Shown: positions 61,201 through 64,000 of the stretch, piece after piece | Layout of the letters: every line of letters starts with the position of its first letter | Numbering within the stretch: the first letter of the stretch is position 1 | Assembly: GCA_035506715.1 (NCBI GenBank) | Contig: DATJOW010000095.1 | Location: 5,393 to 69,392 of the forward strand | Direction of reading: 5' to 3' | Origin: Candidatus Acidiferrum sp. | GTDB taxonomy: Bacteria > Verrucomicrobiota > Verrucomicrobiia > Limisphaerales > UBA11358 | Length of the DNA: 64,000 nt | Position numbers and translations under genes: made by a program | Notes under the pieces: model-generated | The model's database searches: none | Told to the model about the DNA's origin: nothing | The model's input: only the letters and a program-made list of their open reading frames with translations

Positions 61201-61667
61201 TTGGTCATCTGGGAGACGTTGTCTTCAGGAACTTCGTTGACGAAAGCCAGACGAACGTCAATCTGGACGTTCCGTATGGTGTCCGCGCCAGTTTCTCTCC
61301 TGACGGAAAACTTCTCGCCGTGGCCAGCGAATTCGGTTATGCCCGGGTTTGGGAGACGGCCACGTGGCGGGAGGTGGCCACGTTGCGCGGTGTTCTTCCT
61401 GGCGTTCACTCCGTCGCCTTTTCAGGCGACGGCAAACGTCTGGCGACCGGCGGCGGCACTGGAGAGGCGCTTACACTCTGGGACACCGACAATTGGCAGG
61501 AGGTGCTCATGTTGGAAGGCCAAGGAACAGGGTACGCGATTTCTTTTTCACCCGACGGCAATGCGATTAGCACGATGAACGTGACGCAAAATGTGGACAT
61601 TTGGCGGGCGCCATCGTGGGAGGAGATCGCCGCGGCGGAAAAGACAACATCTGCTTCGGGCCCGTAG
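58242..61667 (+). CDS. Ser/Thr protein kinase with one TM segment and a C-terminal WD40 beta-propeller array
   Basis: Kinase motifs GEGGCGAVY, VALKVIK, HRDIKPSNIL, DFGIA, and TPAYMSPE in the activation segment. TM segment AFAAGAVVSGVLVVGVIAS. Multiple WD40 units follow (IRLWDV, IRIWDV, LQIWDV, ARVWE, LTLWD). Confidence 0.9.
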   Translation: MATTDNGNREREIFEAALDIAPAEGRLSYLKGACGKDAELLARVQSLLQAHETAGGFLPEQPKAAATVSIVTEKAGDKIGHYKLLQQIGEGGCGAVYMAEQEEPIRRRVALKVIKLGMDTKQVIARFEAERQALALMDHPNIAKVLDAGATETGRPYFVMELVRGIRITDYCDENNLSTEERLDLFVQICHAVQHAHQKGIIHRDIKPSNILVTAHDGKPLPKIIDFGIAKATSGQVLTDKTLFTAFEQFIGTPAYMSPEQAEMSTLDIDTRSDIYALGVLLYELLTGQTPFDAQALVAAGLNEMRRIIREQEPMRPSTRISTLEAADQTSVARRRHAEPPQLINMVRGDLDWIAMKCLEKDRTRRYETANGLASDILCYLNNEPVLARPPGRFYRFQKLVRRNKLAFAAGAVVSGVLVVGVIASTWQAVRATRARHEAVEARNHEQELREAAQQAQANEARMRERAEKEELEARQRAYASDMLMAKQALDANNLGLAQDLLDRQRPQPGQRDMRDWEWRYLWQQSRSEAMFTLCRESSEIESLAVSQDGQWLAIGQARGGLTVWDLRTRQQVFQLAEGGTVRAVFSPTGSLLAFSTLSTSTSGKLQAGLHLWNATTRQMTAELPLSSECLGLVFSGDGQTLATCTRGSNGQVTLWQMPEGKELVSYPATPFGYRVAATPFAATRDLQLAAYTLPAPKFRVVDLREGKELWAAEQGVPAVAFSPDGKILVSTGGYRASDIRLWDVVSGKEIGRLEGHGSYVISLVFWPDGKKLASSGADQTIRIWDVASRKCLDVLRGHRQEVWRLALLPDDKTLVSGCKDGTVCFWDTSVTHWKQPYITIPENVLNWRFAPDSRSVLTVSQHGQVSRWTGSDFQQKEALLEIGTNLYAPYFSRDGRSLAVGSTNGVLQIWDVSRRSLGRQWTNTTGLVKPLSFLSDDNKLITWSAVSNLLHEWNLTTGLELQTWWTSSSVFSGFCLSPDERSCMAIGHLGDVVFRNFVDESQTNVNLDVPYGVRASFSPDGKLLAVASEFGYARVWETATWREVATLRGVLPGVHSVAFSGDGKRLATGGGTGEALTLWDTDNWQEVLMLEGQGTGYAISFSPDGNAISTMNVTQNVDIWRAPSWEEIAAAEKTTSASGP

Positions 61668-62084
61668 CAAAAAAACAAGGCCAACCACCTGAAACCGATG
61701 AACCAATCCAAATTCTCCTGACACGACTGTGAGCAAACAGAACAGGAAAAGACGGAGATAATGGAGATCAGAGCTGGTGGGTTCCGTGTTTTAACGAATT
61801 CCAGAGGGCTCACCAATCCGCGAACGTTGACCGGTGAGACAAATCTGATTTTTGACCTGTTTCAGGCCTTGGTTTCCTCTGATTGCTCAGGTTCAACTGA
61901 ATCTTCCCGGTTCAGGGTATAGCTGTAGAAATGCCACCTTGTTCGCCAGGTCGCGGAAGCGTTTCTGAAGAATGTTCGATTTTTTTGGCCCAATTGCGGA
62001 CGAAACGGCGCCTAACTGATTAGGACAGAGAAGTTCGTTCTAACCAACAAGTCTGTGAAAACGACAATCAATGAAGAGGTTATT

Positions 62085-64000
62085 ATGAAAAAGACCGAGA
62101 AAACTATCAAACCCAACAGTCTTTTCCGGCGGCTGGCCGGGACTTTGACAGGTGTTCTGCTGTGGCTAGGCGTCCTGCCTCTGGCCGCGCTCGGCCAGGC
62201 CAACTACGCCACCCCCTACACCTTCATCACCATCGCCGGGAAAAGCTTCTATGGTAGCGCGGACGGGACGAATGGCGCCGCGCAGTTCGCTTTTCCTTTC
62301 GGCACGGCGGTGGACAGCGCGGGCAATATCTTCGTGGCGGACGCAGCGAACTGCACGATTCGGGAAGTGACGCCGGTCGGAACCAATTGGGTAGTGACGA
62401 CCTTGGTCGGACAGGCGGGCAGCGCCGGCACCAATGACGGGACGGGGAACGCCGCGCGGTTCAACGGCCCTGGCGGTGTGGCCGTGGACACGAGCGGCAA
62501 CGTCTATGTGGCGGACACAGGCAACCACACGATCCGAAAAGTGACGCCGGTGGGCGCGAATTGGGTGGTGACGACCCTGGCCGGACTGGGTGGCAGTGCC
62601 GGCAGCGCGAACGGGACGGGGAGTGCCGCCCGGTTTTATTTTCCTCAGGACGTGGCGGTGGACAGCGCGGACAACGTGTATGTGGCGGACTCACTCAACG
62701 ACACCATCCGCAAAGTGACACCAGCGGGGGCAGTGACGACCCTGGCCGGACTGGCGTTCACTGAAGGCACGTCCGACGGAACGGGGAGCGCCGCCCGGTT
62801 CCACTTTCCTCTTGGCGTCACGGTGGATAGCGGGGGCAACGTCTATGTGGCCGACACAGCCAACGCCACCATCCGCAAAGTGACGTCAGCGGGTGTGGTG
62901 ACGACCTGGGCGGGACTGGCGGGCTATAGAGGAACCAACGACGGCACGGGGAACGCCGCGCGGTTTAGCGGGGCGGTTGGCGTGACAGTGGACAACGCCG
63001 GCAACCTCTATGTCGCGGATTACATGAACAATACGATTCGACAAGTGACCCCGGCGCGGCTGGTGACGACCCTAGCCGGCGGGCCGGGCTACAATGCAGG
63101 GAGCGCGGACGGGACGGGGAATGAGGCGCAGTTTTCTTATCCTTATGGCGTGGCGGTGGACAGCGCAGGCAACGTCTACGTGGCGGACACAGGCAACGAC
63201 ACGATCCGGGAAATAATGCCGGTCGGACCCAATTGGGTGGTGACGACGATCGCCGGACACCCAGGCGTTGCCGGCAGCGCGAACGGGACTGGAACCGCCG
63301 CGCGGTTTAACGGGCCTTACGACGTGGCGGTGGACAGTCTGGGCAACCTTTATGTGGCGGACGATTTGAACGACACGATCCGGAAAGTGACGCCGGTCGG
63401 ACCTAATTGGGTGGTGACGACGATTGCCGGATACCCAGGGGTTGACGGCAGCGCGAACGGGACGAACAGCGCCGCGCGGTTTAATTATCCTCAGGGTGTG
63501 GCGGTGGACAACGCGGGTAATCTCTATGTGGCGGATCAAAACAACTCCACCATTCGGGAGGTGGCGCCGGTCGGAACCAATTGGGTGGTGACGACGATTG
63601 CGGGATCCCCAGGTCGTCCTGGCAGCGCGGACGGGACGAACAACGCCGCGCGGTTTTATTATCCTAAGGGCGTGGCGGTGGACACGAACGGCAATGTCTA
63701 TGTGGCGGACCAATTCAACGACACGATCCGAGAAATAACGCCGGTTGGAACGAATTGGGTGGTGACGACTCTGGCCGGACTGGCAGGCGATCATGCCAGC
63801 GCGGACGGGACGAACAGTGCCGCGCGGTTTGCTTATCCTCAGGGTGTGGCGGTGGACAGCGCAGGCAATCTCTATGTGGCGGATGGTGACAACTTCTCAA
63901 TCCGCAAAATGACGCCGGTCGGAACCAATTGGGTAGTGACGACCCTCGCTGGTCAGTCGGGCTATTTTGCCGAGATAGACGGGACGGGGAGCGCCGCGCG
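62085..64000 (+). CDS. Secreted NHL-repeat beta-propeller protein (3' end beyond the window)
   Basis: Open-ended, so absent from the ORF track. ATG at 62085, signal peptide ...LLWLGVLPLAALGQA. At least ten units of xGxADGTGxAARFxxPxGVAVDxxGNxYVADxxNxTIRKVTPxGxxWVVTTLAG. All listed minus-strand ORFs here are shadows. Confidence 0.85.
   Translation, partial: MKKTEKTIKPNSLFRRLAGTLTGVLLWLGVLPLAALGQANYATPYTFITIAGKSFYGSADGTNGAAQFAFPFGTAVDSAGNIFVADAANCTIREVTPVGTNWVVTTLVGQAGSAGTNDGTGNAARFNGPGGVAVDTSGNVYVADTGNHTIRKVTPVGANWVVTTLAGLGGSAGSANGTGSAARFYFPQDVAVDSADNVYVADSLNDTIRKVTPAGAVTTLAGLAFTEGTSDGTGSAARFHFPLGVTVDSGGNVYVADTANATIRKVTSAGVVTTWAGLAGYRGTNDGTGNAARFSGAVGVTVDNAGNLYVADYMNNTIRQVTPARLVTTLAGGPGYNAGSADGTGNEAQFSYPYGVAVDSAGNVYVADTGNDTIREIMPVGPNWVVTTIAGHPGVAGSANGTGTAARFNGPYDVAVDSLGNLYVADDLNDTIRKVTPVGPNWVVTTIAGYPGVDGSANGTNSAARFNYPQGVAVDNAGNLYVADQNNSTIREVAPVGTNWVVTTIAGSPGRPGSADGTNNAARFYYPKGVAVDTNGNVYVADQFNDTIREITPVGTNWVVTTLAGLAGDHASADGTNSAARFAYPQGVAVDSAGNLYVADGDNFSIRKMTPVGTNWVVTTLAGQSGYFAEIDGTGSAA

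Noticed and set aside
61668-62084. Possible transposase or IS remnant in the AT-richer spacer before the NHL gene
   Set aside because: The minus-strand frame (…NILQKRFRDLANKVAFLQLYPEPGRFS*) is short and matches no transposase motif I can recognise. No inverted terminal repeats were seen.
1-64000. tRNA, rRNA or other canonical RNA genes
   Set aside because: I found no T-arm-like GGTTCGAATCC/GGTTCGAGTCC context in intergenic DNA. The few GGTTCGA hits are inside coding sequences. No rRNA-like conserved blocks were seen. A covariance-model scan was not possible.

Overview
GC-rich bacterial chromosomal window. The gene content looks like the PVC superphylum (Verrucomicrobiota-like): a DUF1559/H-X9-DG-type pseudopilin, PD40 and NHL beta-propeller arrays, an ECF sigma paired with a Ser/Thr kinase-WD40 protein, and PVC-type porins. 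This taxonomic call is inference only. I support about 55 protein-coding genes. Two open-ended genes are missing from the ORF track: ppx at the left edge and an NHL-repeat protein at the right edge. I saw no rRNA, tRNA, CRISPR array or intact mobile element. Functional blocks in order: (1) ppx-CHAD-sixA polyphosphate cluster. (2) A winged-helix regulator, then ispH translationally chained to two B12-type radical SAM enzymes, a possible Ldi-like protein and membrane proteins. (3) Pseudopilin, a 16-repeat PD40 protein, and an ECF sigma/anti-sigma pair. (4) beta-CASP hydrolase, solo pilC, porin and metF. (5) yebC, an HpnN-like RND/MMPL exporter, and an Mla-type operon led by an uncharacterised repeat protein. 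(6) lpxA with GYF_2/DUF2752 small membrane proteins. (7) A U32 peptidase split by a frameshift, radC, and an AddA-like helicase-nuclease. (8) A membrane-anchored GrpE-like protein and a DAG kinase. (9) An envelope module with three paralogous lipoproteins, a porin, a CBM48/DUF2934 operon, a CusRS-like two-component system and an RND efflux operon. (10) A 5'-truncated dtd next to an ECF sigma/kinase/NHL block. The most unusual signals are non-genic. First, a family of heptanucleotide tandem arrays (STRR-like, consensus about ATTKMSG), often in inverted pairs. They sit just upstream of start codons and inside coding sequences, and one array coincides exactly with the U32 frameshift. Second, small nested-palindrome (REP-like) elements inserted in frame into genes. 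Third, a TTTAATC-N15-TTAATG cis-motif recurs upstream of six transcription units around the two-component system. All domain calls come from motif recognition by eye; no database search was run.
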